From: Octopus sinensis
Lineage: Eukaryota
DNA length: 64,000 bases
Assembly (NCBI RefSeq): GCF_006345805.1
Contig: NC_043001.1
Span: forward strand, 117,242,001-117,306,000
Direction: 5' to 3'
The first letter of the stretch is position 1; each line of letters starts with the position of its first letter. Under the pieces are notes generated by a model that saw only the letters and a list, made by a program, of their open reading frames with translations, was not told where the DNA came from and searched no databases. Shown in pieces: positions 12,514 through 25,514 of this stretch. Made by a program: the position numbers and the translations under genes.

Positions 12514-13620
12514 CTACCTATCTATCTATCTATCCTTTCGCCTTCCTTCTAGACTATTTGTGAGTCAAGGGGGCATGCAATATCAACTATATAGCATATG
12601 TGGTGCACCTTGTCTACCACCACTTGTTTCGGTCTGTTATGCTCTAGCACTTGATCTCTTTGGATTGGGAAATCCCAGAGGATTTTGTTAGTCTCCGACT
12701 CCGCCACTCTCTGCGGTTTGCGCTCATACTACGTCTTGGCTCTCTTTGGCCCCTACTTTTCTCACAGTTTCCAATGTTGTACTTTCGCTTCCTGGTCGTG
12801 TCGCCACAATTTGTAGTGGTTGTGGGCAAGTCTAGGGCATTCGTTCGTGATATGGGTAATGGTTTCATCCACTCTATTGTAGATGCGGCGAGATACTTGC
12901 TCATTCGTAAGTTTGAGGCCAAAGCTTGGTCTTGCGCTGCCAGTATAATGTTCTCTTCTTTTTTAGAGTTTTTTCATCAGCCGGTCTCACCTATGTTTTC
13001 CCAGCAACTTGTGCAGTGGCTACATGGAATTGATTGTCTAGTCCCTTCTTGTGCAATTCTTCTTCTTGTCCTTTGTATACTTCTTTTGTTTTCCCTTTTT
13101 TTCTCTGCTCTCAAGTACTGTTACTTTGTACTATGTGTCTTATTGAGCTTCGAGTTCGATACGCACGCAGTCTTCCATACCTATCAGCCCCCTTCCTCCA
13201 TTTGTTCTCTTCATGTATCGGCGATCAGTGTCTGCACGTGGATGGTGGGCTTTATGCGTCGTTAGGAACTTTCTTGACTTCCTGTCCATCTCCTTTAGCT
13301 CCTCCTCTGCTCACCTCAGGATTCCAGCGCCGTGCCGAACTACTGCGACTTCACACGAGTATATTGTTGAAATTATGTTTCTGGCATTCAGCTTTGAAGC
13401 CAATATTTTCCTCATTCGTCGCAGGTACTTTCTTTGTGTCTTTTCCTTCATGTCGTGATGTTTGATCCCATCTGCATCAAGTATTCCCAGGTATTTATAG
13501 CTGGATTGAGGTTGAACTACCTTCATCATTTCACCCCTTGGCAACCATAATGCCTTCTGTCCTGGCAATCATTCTTCGTCTCATCACCATCGTAGCATAT
13601 TTTGAGAGTCCAAACTCACC
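12076..13620 (-). mobile_element. R4/Dong-type LINE (RT thumb and restriction-like endonuclease), 5'-truncated, in (TAA)n
   Basis: YKYLGILDADGIKH..MKEK...YLRRMRKILASKLNARN; ILWDFPIQRDQVLEHNRP...IVDIACP; EIARL.KMK..IIIGSLGTV...LLQKVCFLGTARIMRKVL; (ATT)n on both sides. Confidence 0.9.
12346..12532. repeat. (TCTA)n microsatellite inside the R4/Dong element
   Basis: Long near-perfect tetranucleotide run; source of the spurious YLSI ORF. Confidence 0.95.
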
Positions 13621-13622
13621 AC

Positions 13623-13701
<79 letters not shown>

Positions 13702-13749
13702 GTTGTTGTTATTGTTGTTGTCGTTGTTGTTATTATTGTTATTAAGATG

Positions 13750-13897
13750 GTGAGCTGGTAGAATCGTTAGCACACCCGGCAAAATGCTTAGCGGCATTTC
13801 GTCCGTGTGTATGTTCTGAGTTCAAATTCCGCCGAGTCAACTTTGCTTTTCATCCTTCTCCCAAAAAAACACCAGGCCTTGCACCTTTAGCAGAAAG
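13750..13897 (+). mobile_element. SINE family C, internally deleted
   Basis: GGTGAGCTGGTAGAATCGTTAGC...GTTCTGAGTTCAAATTCCGCCGAG. Confidence 0.75.
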
Positions 13898-13909
13898 GAT
13901 CATCATCAT

Positions 13910-14680
13910 CTGGCAGTGTCACTGGGGGCCGCTACCGGTTCGAGACAAACTTTACAGGCATGGATGTACTGTCCGACGGAGTGATGAAACCGTTCTGCAC
14001 GCCCTAGTTCAGTGTCCGGGCATTGTTGACTTGTAGGGCAATGTTGAACAGCTGCTGTCATGTGTGGAACGGATCCGTCTGTCGGCTGAGTCTGTAGTGA
14101 TGATCGGACCGCCGCCCTCCTTCAATCGGGCAGGCAAGGCAATCTTACTTTGCCTGGTGGCTGCTGCGAAAGAGGTTGTCTGGTGGGACAAAACTGAAAG
14201 GCATGAGGACAGATACAGTACTCTTTGGTAGAGTTTCTCACTGACTTTCTCAAGTTTCACTCGAAAAGGAAATTGAGAGTGGAGAGGGAAGTGCTGCCCT
14301 CGAGTGAGTTTATTAAAAGGTGGGTGAAAGTTGCGAAAATGGCAAGAGTGGATAGTACATCTCTAAGTGTAGACGTGTGAGTCGGAGAGAAGGAATTGGA
14401 GAGGGCATTTCCTCTTGGGGTTTCTGGGAACTCTTGGACTGTGGAGTTCCTCGATTATTCTTAGAGGCCTTCCTGTATCAGGAGGTCCACATCTCTATCC
14501 TCCTCCTCGCAATTTTTTTGTCTTTTTCCTTCGTATACTATGCTTATGTCCTTTCTTTTTCAGTGTATACCCTGTATATTTACCTTTTTTTTTTAATCAT
14601 TTCATTATATGTAAACCCCTACACTTTATGTCTGTCTCTGTATTGTCCCCCTCATCCTTCGCCCTTCAGGCAAATAAATG

Positions 14681-14690
<10 letters not shown>
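13910..14690 (+). mobile_element. Tx1/L1-type LINE 3' end (C-terminal zinc finger, 3' UTR, (ATC)n tail)
   Basis: PLPVRDKLYRHG...DETVLHALVQCP (zf-RVT-like) and LVAAAKEVVW; ends CAAATAAATGAA(ATC)n. Confidence 0.75.
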
Positions 14691-14714
<24 letters not shown>

Positions 14715-14736
14715 TATTATTATTATTATTATTATT

Positions 14737-15008
14737 GGCTTTGCACAGCTTCTAACGCTGGAGATGTACTATGGTGTCAGCTGTTCACTACCAGTGAACT
14801 AAGGTAAAAACCACTTATTTTTCGAGCACCTTCCGGAGTATTCGAGCAGTTCCAAGCAGCGCTGTTTTCTGCAAGTGCTCCACCCTTATCGAAGCCCCTA
14901 TTTGTTCCATGTACTTCTCGAGATTTTTACTCACTGTTCCCAGGGCTCCCACAATTATTGGTACTACTGCTACCTTTTTCATCGACCACAGCTGCTTAAC
15001 TTCCCAAG
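14737..15008 (-). mobile_element. R4/Dong-type LINE extreme 3' fragment in (TAA)n
   Basis: WEVKQLWSMKKVAVVPIIVGALGTVSKNLEKYMEQIG...LQKTALLGTARILRKVLEK*; ATT repeats on both flanks. Confidence 0.85.
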
Positions 15009-15045
15009 TTAACCTGTCATATTATTATTATCATCATCATCATCA

Positions 15046-15101
<56 letters not shown>

Positions 15102-15514
15102 GTGTGGGAGAGCGGTGCATGCCATCAAAGTGACACTGGGGTAAAATATACGAAGCCCAGTATACCCATCATGACTACCTTTCTGATAAGGGTTCACCAG
15201 GTACATGCATCACAACCATATGTGCGCGACATTGGGATCTCATATCAAGATAAACAGCGCATGACCTTGCAGGTGAGGCCCAGTTAGAATTTTCTTCTGG
15301 TCGAGTAGCCCATCCCGCTCAAAAGGTTCCTGAATAAGGATTGTTTAAGGATGTTGAACAAACCACCCATGTTTCCAAATGTGAATTATCCAAACCTCTA
15401 AGTATTCCTTTCAACACACGGCTATCATGCACCCCCACTACCTCTGCTTGTGATCAGAGATGCACATATCGTCAGCCACTAAAGGACATGTATATAAAGG
15501 ATATGTATATATAT

Positions 15515-15682
15515 ATATATACACATATACGACAGGCTTCTTTCAGTTTCCGTCTACCAAATCCACTTTGGTCGGCCCGAGGCTATAGTAGAAGATACTT
15601 GCCCAAGGTGCCACGCAGTGGGACTGAACCCTGAACCATGTGGTTGATAAGAAAGCTACTTACCACACAGCCACTCCTACGC
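15515..15682 (-). mobile_element. SINE family A, 5' half
   Basis: Reverse complement of family A head and CORE-like motif. Confidence 0.8.
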
Positions 15683-15683
15683 C

Positions 15684-15684
<1 letters not shown>

Positions 15685-15780
<96 letters not shown>

Positions 15781-15829
15781 ATTATTATTATTATTATTAT
15801 TATTAGTAGTAGTAGTAGTAGTAGTAGTT

Positions 15830-15868
<39 letters not shown>

Positions 15869-15870
15869 TT
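15685..15870. repeat. Compound trinucleotide microsatellite (ATT)(GTT)(ATT)(AGT)
   Basis: Four adjacent trinucleotide blocks, each differing from its neighbour by one base. Confidence 0.95.
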
Positions 15871-16149
15871 GCTGGAAAAATCGTTAGCGTACCAGACAAA
15901 ACATGCGGCGGCATTTTTCCGGCTCTAAAGGGCACAATTATTGCAATGTTTATTCTTTCGTCATTTTGTTTTGCGTTTGGAATTATGAGGTCTGTAACGC
16001 CTACTGTCAACGAGGATATAGCAGGAAAATCCCATACCACCCCGAGCGTTCACACGAGGACAGCAACAACAACCACAACAAAAGCAACAGCAACATTGGC
16101 AGCAATGGCAACGACAATGGTAAGGACGTCGGTTTTCAACAACACAAGC

Positions 16150-17965
16150 AGTAATGGTACCAGCTAAACAAGCAGGCACGCCTGAATCGGGTGAAAAAGC
16201 TTGTACAGGTGAATGGTTGGAGACCAAAAGTTGCCAGACTAGCCAAGGTTTTGGTAGCTTCAGCCCGGGAGACGGTGGTATAAGACTGTCAGCTAAAGCT
16301 CAACAACTAGAAGCAACATTACAAAATAGGTGGAAAGATAGGATTCCAGTGCCGTGGGCGTGGGCGTGGAAGTTCTCTTCAAGAGCAAACTCTTCGTGCA
16401 CGCGACAGGAAATTCACCTTCTACTCAACATATTTAGAGTGAAGGACCTGTTGTGTTAAGCCAGAGAATTCCACTTGAGTTGGTCATTTGGTGGCTGTTG
16501 GCCTGGGTTGCTTTGGAGGGCTGTGACCCCTCTTCGGTGTCAAATGTACGAAGAAAGAGTTTTGGTTTGGAACCACAGTGGAGACCCCTCTCTAGATTAA
16601 ACCGAAGTATATGAAAAAATACCCAAACTTATCCACTTGCACAATGGAATAGAAGTTTGTGCCACGGTTGATACCAGAAGGCTAAGATACATGTGTGCTG
16701 CGGAAAGCCAGTTTAGAGCTTTATGTCCTCAGCACAAAAAAGATGGGAGACAGTACCCTACTACTGATGAGACCACAGCATCGAAAGCAACAGCAGCATT
16801 AGCAGTGAAGTGAACAAGAACAATAGTAGCACCACTAACTTCAACATAAACACCAAAAACGGTATAACTAGTAACGACACCAACAATAACAGAACCAAAA
16901 TCCATCATCCAGGAAAATCTCCAACCTAGCTCTCTCTCTCTTATTCTGCCTCTCTTTTCTTTCAGATGCAAGCAAACACATGGACACACACGAAAGCATA
17001 CCTCCTCTGCCACCCGCATCGGATCTTTATCATGGATCTTTCTCATCTTGCGAGAAAGGGAAAGAAACAGGAAAACTTTTTTTTAAATGCAATAAAAATG
17101 TTTAAAGTGCTACAGTTGCTTTAAACGAATCACACAATCACAACTTGAAGCCAGGCTCACACAAAACACAGACAAATCCACAACAACGCCCCCACCACTG
17201 ACACAAGTATCGACGAAATTCACTTCACTAAAAAGAAAATACACACAGGAATAGCACCAGGAGACTGACACGAGAACTCAAGTTAAATCACTTTTAAACA
17301 TTGTGCTTCCTAGAACACAAATAAAGATAAAAAAACCCTGATATTTTCACGGCACAAAAGGAAAATATTGAAACAGGAGAAGTGCCACAAAATTTGAAAA
17401 TAATAAGAGGCAGACAAACTATTTAGGGAGAATTTCCTTACTGATGTTGTAAGCTCCAGCGCAAGGGCCAACAGTAGGTTCCTAAAAGACTTTCACAAAG
17501 AACTGCAAAGTTTCACGGAGATCGAGTCACCTGTGATCACCAAATGAGCAAATTACTCGTTTCTTTTTCTTTCTTCTTTTCTACCAACGTGACAGTTCTG
17601 AGTGTGAGATCTTTAAATGCAAATGATCTGGGTCACCTTTGAAGCAGAGTCGCCTGCCAAATGACCAGATTTTGCTGGGTTTGGAAGTGAGAGCAATCGG
17701 CGAGACCAGAGTTTTCGACACGTGCGCCTTGACACCTATTTTTGACGATCTTCGCATCTCTTACTCTATCTCGGAAAGGCTTGATACTCGACATACTCTC
17801 GATCTTACTGGAACTGGATGGTAAGTTGGTGGTCTTCGACGTGAACTGTAGCGATAGTGATACCGTTTCACTAGTCGTCGAATATACCCTGACTAAGACA
17901 AGGCGGCCAGACTTCTTCAGGCGCCTTGAGGCTTTCCTGAGAACAATCTGCTCTTCAGTGTTAAC
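16150..17965 (+). mobile_element. Tx1/L1-type LINE 5' part: decayed ORF1 and start of ORF2 AP endonuclease
   Basis: ORF1-like GVEVLFKSK...RIPLELVIWWLLA and a decayed knuckle (..YMCAAESQFRALCP); APE-like LEVRAIGETR and GKLVVFDV...RRPDFFRRLEAFLRT. Confidence 0.65.
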
Positions 17966-18029
17966 GATTCTGCTGGCTCGCTGCCCTTTTACTGGCCGAA
18001 ATCTTAGTTCAAATTTTGGCACAAGGCTA

Positions 18030-18215
18030 GCAATTTAGGGGAAACAGATAAGTCGCTTACATCGACTCCAATGCTCAACTGGAACTTATTTTATCGAACC
18101 CCACAGGATGAAAAGTAAAATCAGCCTCGGCGCAATTTGACCTCAGAACTTAACGACGGACAAAATGCCGCTAAGCCTTTTGCCTGGCGTGCTTACGATT
18201 CTGCCAGCTCGCCGC
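18030..18215 (-). mobile_element. SINE family C
   Basis: Reverse complement of head and central motif. Confidence 0.75.
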
Positions 18216-19018
18216 CATTTTACAGGCCGAAATATTCCAGTTGTTATGTGATTGTAGAGTAGAATGTTGATTCACTGGTTTTGTCAATTACTAAACTAAC
18301 GTAAATAGTTACCATGCAGTCACAAATAGAGTGTGAAGTGCGAGCACTGTCTCATGTGGCGAATATTTTGTCAGCTTACGTAGCTGAAGTAATCACACTG
18401 CAACATAGCTTCAAGGAACGCTGTCATCGCCGTAACAAAATTGATTTAATATGTCAAAATATTTGGAGGCCCAGTGGTTAGGGCAGCGGACCCGCGGTCG
18501 GAGGATTGCAGTTTCGATTCCCATGTGTGTGGGAAGTGTAGCTGCTTGAGCGTATACATATGTATGTGTGTTTATACTTGTAAGTATGTATGTGTGTGTG
18601 TTGGTTGACAAAACTTAGTTATGAATAAGGCTCTTCTTTATAAGCATGAATAAATAACGAAAGCATGGAGCACACATACGTACACACACACACATATATG
18701 TATGTATGCACACACATTTTCTCTTACACATTCATATAACAGTATATATGTGTGTGTTATGCGAGTGTGCATGTGTGTGTGCATGCGTGCGCGCGTGTAT
18801 GTACACACACACACACACACATGATGGACTCTCCCGTCGTAGACGGCGGATGAGTGTTCAGCTATTGACGAACGACTTGCACAAATGATTTGCTTATAGT
18901 GATCAAATGTTCATACCTGCACATTAGCTCACTCTCTCCACCCAAATCGACGTTGCCTGAACTGGTGAACGGTGTACCACGCGTTGAGTGTCGAAGTGAT
19001 TGCGTAGCAAAGTGAGAT

Positions 19019-19143
19019 GAAGTGTTTTGCTCAAGAACACAACGCACCATCCGGTCTAGGAGTTGATATCACGATCTCGAAATCTCGAGATCGAGACCCT
19101 AACCACTCTCTTGCTCTCTCTCTCTCACACACACACACGCACG

Positions 19144-19176
<33 letters not shown>

Positions 19177-19776
19177 GTATAAGAGACGGTAACTATGAAT
19201 GAATATGTAAGAATACATATCTGTGTACACATGTATGTATATCATTCACTTTTATTCAGTGCAAACTTGAACAGTGGTCAGCTGACCTCAGCTTAGTTTG
19301 TTTTTAAAAACTGTATAACTTAAGGTAATGTTCACACCCAAAATGACTCTACTCCAACGCCTGACCAAAGAGTTGAACTACAAATAACATGCAACAACAA
19401 CAACAACAACAACAATAACAACAATTCCTGAATCAATAGTAACTAGAACAATAACAACAATACGAAAACAAGAACCACAAAATGAATCAAGCCATTTTCC
19501 TATGTCTAACAGTTTGTGACCAATGAATGACGTTGGGAAGAGTTTCACTTGAGCCCAGAGAGGAAAGGTCTCACTTAGCAATATGATATGGGAAGGATGC
19601 TTGAAGGAAATATGAAATTCTAAGTAGGCCCTTGAAAAGAAAAGATAGACGTGTGGGAGAGGAACAATATGAGTGCGAGTAAGTATGAATAGATTGTACA
19701 TATGTACATCAATGTATGTGTGTTGATTTTATGTGTCTATTCAGTATTTCTGAAACTTAGTGTGTATTTTTAAGAA

Positions 19777-19809
<33 letters not shown>

Positions 19810-20100
19810 GACTTACCCTAAGTTATACATTTTTTAATAATAGACTAAGCTGAGGTCAGCTGACCACTGTTCAAGTTTGCACTGAATAAAAGTGAATGAT
19901 ATACATACATGTGTACACAGATATGTATTCTTACATATTCATTCATAGTTACCCACTCATATACTCATTACTATGTGTGTATGTGTGTGTGTGTGTGTGT
20001 GAGAGAGAGAAAGAGTGGTTAGGGTCTCGATCTCGAGATCTCGAGATTGTGGTTTCAATTCCTACCGGTTGGTGCGTTGTGTTCTTGAGCAAAACACTTC
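19019..20100. repeat. Local inverted duplication: arms 19019-19325 and 19812-20100, spacer about 490 bp
   Basis: Arms are reverse complements, including non-SINE sequence such as TCATTCACTTTTATTCAGTGCAAACTTGAACAGTGGTCAGCTGACCTCAGCTTAG. Confidence 0.85.
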
Positions 20101-21269
20101 AGTGCAAGCATAGTGCAAATGTTTTTACTAAACACGTGCATGTGTATGTGTGTGCGTATGAGAGTTCCTCTCTAAATGCTTACTTGGTAGAAGCTCCCTT
20201 CTAAAACATATTTCACTTTTGCATCTGAGTCGTCCAAAAGCTATGTGTAACTCTATGTAACAAGACGGTGAGTGCAAACCAGTCACTTCATACACCGTTC
20301 TTCATATGTTGTTTTTCCAGTAATAACAGTCAAAAGGATTGATAGGAAAAGGTTTTTACAAAGATATTTTTTGCATACAATTATCAGTCAGACGTTAATA
20401 TCACATCATTAGTTGACGTTTGGTGTTCCTCCTTATTGTATGCAGCCTTACTAGAAACATATCTATATTCATGAAATTTCTACACATGTCGTTGAATTCA
20501 ACAGGACTCTCCATCTTTGTCCCCTTTCCTAGTTCTATTACTACATCATTAAAAAAAAACGAACTTTACTGGGAAAAGCAAGAAAACTGAATCTTATGAT
20601 TATTTCTCCCCTCTTTGCATCACTGACCATATTCTCTACTTCAGCCATTCACAGTATTGTTTACAATTCTTCTCTAAGTCACGACTCGTTTAGCTTCTAT
20701 TCTTATTTCAACTTGTTTTCCAATGATACGTTCTCTATCCATACTCGGCCGAACTCTACTTCCTTCACACTCGAACATCATTGAAAGACCCTCTTTCTAA
20801 CCCTCTTTCAAGACCATGTAACATCTTTATTGTTCCCCTGTCTCATCTAATATTCAGCTTTTATATGGCCTAAATTGAGAGCATTCACCTCAACACTTCT
20901 CTCGAGGATATTTTCAATAACTTACTGACGTCAGTAAACGATTATTAGAATGTGAATGACCACCACCACAGAGCATTGAATAAAGAAGTAAGAAAACAAC
21001 AAATCGTATCCTGAAACCGATGCTGTATGTGCAAAGGTAAATCAAGTAAGTTCTTTAGTGACAGGTCAATCCTGATCGAGCAGTCTTATGGTTAAAGACG
21101 TTTACCGGTGACTGTTTATCTAGGACTACATTATCCAGTGAGTTCTATTTTTTGGAAGTAGTTGTTCTCAAATCTCAAGCAAACCCTGATCTGGTAGGCA
21201 AGTGTATCCTTGTATTTTACTTGTTTGAGTATCTGGACTGCGACCTGACTGGAGCCACTCTTGTAGGGT

Positions 21270-21612
21270 CTAGTAGAATAGATCAACCCCAGTACTTATT
21301 TTTAAACCTGGTATTTGTTCTATCGGTTTCTTTTATCGAACCGCTATATTTACATTGACGTAAACAAACCAACAGCAGTTGTCAAACAAATGCAGCACAC
21401 ACACACGCATACTAAGCACGGACACGCACATACACACATACACACACACACAAACACATATATATACGACGAGCTTCTTCTAGTTTTCTTCTACCAAATC
21501 CACTCACAAGGTTTTGATCGGCCCGGGTTTATAGTAGGTAACACTTTGCCCAAGGTCCCGCATAGTGGGATCGAATACAAAGTCATATGGTTGGGTAGCA
21601 AGCTTCGTAACA
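21270..21612 (-). mobile_element. SINE family A, diverged
   Basis: Reverse complement of family A motifs. Confidence 0.7.
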
Positions 21613-21756
21613 ACACAAAATAATCTACACCTGTTATTCAGTTGTGTACATTATTCAGTGTGTACCTTTTAAAGATAGTAGTGTGCAATTTGAAGACAAT
21701 TTGATTGTCATTTCTAGCAGGTCGATCGACCTCTTAGAGTAAACATACATTGTTAT

Positions 21757-21787
<31 letters not shown>

Positions 21788-22829
21788 CAAGCTGTCTATA
21801 TACATTCACACACACATATAGGTATGGAAAATGTGGAACGAAGCACTAGCCATCACATTCTAAGACTCTTCACGACTGATGAGTTTGTGTGACTGAAGAT
21901 AAACTTCAATATCTCCTGCTCAATATCTGTAGGAAAATATAAGTGAAGAATTAGAAACAAGTCTTTGTAGAAATTTGAAGAAATTCTGCTAAAGACACTC
22001 AAGGACAGGCATTGGCACTCAGGACGCAAATATGCTTGACATTTCGTCTGATTCTCTACAAAGTTTTGCCAACCACTAGTCTTGCTTTACGATACTATTA
22101 AAATGGAAAACTATCGCTTATGTCTCACTCAATGAAGATCGAAATACGACATTGAATCCCCACTCAAACTAATCTAACCTAACGCTTAAACAATTACCAG
22201 ATTCGAAGTGGTGGTTTTTGTTGACTAAAATTCTGATAAGTTCGTGTGGCGATGGAAAACGAGAGTACTGCATTTTTTAAAATAGAATATTTCTTAGGTG
22301 AGAAAGGAATTTAACGTTTATGATAATATTGGTTTCAGGCGAGGGATAACTTACATTTATCCCAGTGTACAACTTATACTTATTTTATCGACCCCGAAAG
22401 GATGAAAGTCGATCTCGGCGTAATTTGAAGAAATGTCGTTAAGTATTTTATCCAGCGCGGTTTTTATGATAATAAGTATAAAAGTTTGAACAATGTTTCT
22501 ATCACCAGATGCCCTTAAAATTCCATCCTTATTGGAACCCTCTTTTTTATGCTCAATGAAGCGTATTGCTTCGTTGTTAGGGTGTTCCCTTATGATCTTA
22601 AAATCGTGGGTTTAATTGCTGAACCAAGCGGCACATTGTGTCCTCGAGACAGGCATTCCATTTCTTATCGTTTATTCAACTCAGCGTTCATCCGAAAGGA
22701 TGTGAATGCCACCTCGGTGGCATTCAAACTCAGAACATAAAGTCAGAAGAAATGCTACTAAGCATACAAAAGTCCGGCGCGTTAACGATTCTGCCAGCTC
22801 ACCGCCTTATAATGTAATAAATTATTGAT

Positions 22830-23040
22830 TTTAAATTTTGGTACAAGGTCAGAATATCGGCGGACGAGGGTAAATCGATTACATCGATCTCAGTTTTCAA
22901 CTGGTTCTTGATTTTATCGACCCCGAAAGGATGAAAGGCAAAGTCGACCTCGGTGGAATTTGAACTCAGAACACGAAGACAGACGAAATGCTAGTAAGCA
23001 TTTCGATCGGCGTACGAACGTTTCTGTCAGCTCACTGCCT
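22830..23040 (-). mobile_element. SINE family C (more decayed copies at 22350-22450, 22680-22810, 23300-23430)
   Basis: TTTTATCGACCCCGAAAGGATGAAAGGCAAAGTCGACCTCGG motif. Confidence 0.75.
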
Positions 23041-23639
23041 TATAATATAATATAATATAATATAATATAATATAATATAATATAATATTAACAGTTATAT
23101 GCACCAGTTTGTAAAACAACAAGTTCACTGAAGCGTGTGGAGAAATATATTGGGAGCTAAACTCTTTTAATAGCTAATTTGACAGAATGTGACAGAATGT
23201 GATGGCTGGCATTCTGTTGTGCAATCAGTGATACTGTTATCCGGTAAGGAATTGCTATATGAATTTGAATCAAGGAATATTCGATTCAAATATCCCTTGA
23301 TATTTGAATCAAGCCTCGATGAATGAAAGGCAAAGTCCACTTCAGCGAGATTTGAACTCAAAACGTAAAAGAGTGGAACTAAATACAACAAAGTATTTTG
23401 TCTGATGCTCAACCGATTTTGCTACTTCGGCCTTTCTTGTAAAACAAATAAAAAATGCAAATACTTAACGAGCAGATAAAGTATGTATGTATGTATGTAT
23501 GTATGTATGTATGTATGTATGTATGTATGTATGTATGTATGTATGTATGTATGTATGCATGTATGTATGTGTGTGCGTGTGTGTGTGTGTGTGTATGTGT
23601 GTGTTCGTGCGTGTGTGTGTATAAATGAACATAGATATA

Positions 23640-24760
23640 CATATACATACGAGAGATGTAAAAGCTGTGAAATTTTGCATGCGTTGATTTCAGCTCTCCT
23701 TATTGATAGCCTCATTGTTTCTTTCCAGATAAACTGACATCTGACTATTCAAGGAAAACTTCAAAAGTAACTCTTGGCGGCTTCTCTAGAATGTAGACAA
23801 AAGTTGGCATCGTGGTGTTTTTAAGTATCTGCAGAAAAAGGGTTTAGTCCCCCCAAGGACGTTCATGCTGACATAGTTGCTACAATAGGGGATGACACTC
23901 CAGCTTCATTAACAGTGCAAAGTGGGCAGTTGAATTTAGGAAGGGAAGGGAGAGTCTTGAAGATGATCCAAAGTCTGGACGTCCTGCAACTGTCACAACT
24001 GAGGAAAAAGATGATCGTGCTTACCACATGGTGATGGATGACAAGCGATTGACTATAAATCAAATAGCCAATGCTATTAGTATATCCTGAGAATATTCTG
24101 CCCAATGAACATGGTATGGTGAAGGATTTTGTTCGGTAGGTGCGATGTCTTCTGACACCTGATCAAATACGCACCACGCTGATCACAACACGAGGAAATC
24201 TGATATTGTTTGAGGCAGATCCAACAGGTTTTCTTGATAGTTTTCTAAGCCAGGATGAGTGTCGGGTTCATCACTTTGAATCAGAGACAAAGAGACGGTC
24301 CATGCATTAGAAGCACCCCTCCTCACCTGCTCCACAGAAGACCAAGGTAATTTAATCTGAAGGGTAGATGGCCTCAGTTTCTAGGGATGTAAAAGGCATT
24401 GTGTTTACTATCTTCCAAGAGGCCATACATCAATGGAGCGTATTATGCCAACTTGTTGAAGCATATAGGAAAGGCTACCAAGACCAAACACCCAGGAAAA
24501 CTGACGATAGGGGTCTTGTTTCATCAGGAGAAAACTCCAACACACAAGTCGTTTTCAATGGCTGCCTTGTTTGATTGTGGCTTTGAACTGGTTGATCAAT
24601 CTCTCTATTCTCCTGATTTAGCCCCATCTGACTATCACCTGTCCCCCAACATGAAAAAAACACATTTGGCTGGGAACTAGTACAGAAGTGATGATGACGC
24701 CATATCTGCTGTTGCTGCCAGTTACTTTTGAAGCTAGATGTCAATTTTCCTAGAAAGAAA
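23640..24760 (+). mobile_element. mariner (DD34D-type) transposase pseudogene
   Basis: KWAVEFRKGRESLEDDPKSGRP, DECRVHHF, INGAYYANLL, VLFHQ, YSPDLAPSDYHL; stops and frameshifts; TIRs not identified. Confidence 0.9.
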
Positions 24761-24876
24761 CAATGAAGTTATTAATAAGATGAATTGAAATTAATGCATG
24801 TAAGAATTCACAATTCTAGCATCACTCCTTTTTTTGTCAGCCTATGAACATTTCAGCCTACCATCGTACGTACGAA

Positions 24877-24931
<55 letters not shown>

Positions 24932-25514
24932 ACACACACACACGCACACACGCACGCACACACATGCACACACACACACACGCACACACGCACACACACA
25001 CACACAAACACACACATATATATGTACATATATATGTGTAAGTGTGTGTGTATACGTACGTAATACACACATACTTTTGCGCGTAAGTGTGTGTGCGCAT
25101 GCAAAATACAATCCACCATCAGCTAACGAAGTTTAGACATTTTCCACAAGCACATACTTTTGTAGCCATAAAGAAATCTGATACCGTAGCCCTTTGATTA
25201 TCATTAATTAGAGTCAAGATTTCCGTGTCTGAACTCTTTATCAACTTTAGCTGAGGGAACTAGGCCAGTCTCATGATACGATATGTAAAATAACACAAAA
25301 ACAAACTGTCTCTCAATAAAAACCATCTGCTGGAATAAATGAATTATAGTAATGTTGTGTACAACCCTGACACCGCCTTTCACTCCCTCCCCCCTTCTCT
25401 CGTATATGATATTTCATAAAATTAGATAACTTATGCACCCAATCCTTTCAGTTATTTATGGTATTTTCATCTTATTTTCTTTATTTTCATTACTTTATTA
25501 ATGTTGTTGTTCAG

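Noticed and set aside
11975-12691. 238-aa ORF and the many [12 protein letters not shown]/poly-I/L/N ORFs across the window
   Set aside because: Translations of microsatellites or antisense TE sequence.
15640-16167. 175-aa ORF with apparent signal or transmembrane character
   Set aside because: Built from a compound trinucleotide microsatellite and SINE/LINE remnants.
16758-16805. CTGATGA...GAAA hammerhead-like motif
   Set aside because: No pairable helix II, and helix III does not lead to an NUH triplet; it lies in low-complexity LINE ORF1 sequence.
21866-21910. CTGATGAG motif
   Set aside because: No downstream GAAA with stems (GATA instead).
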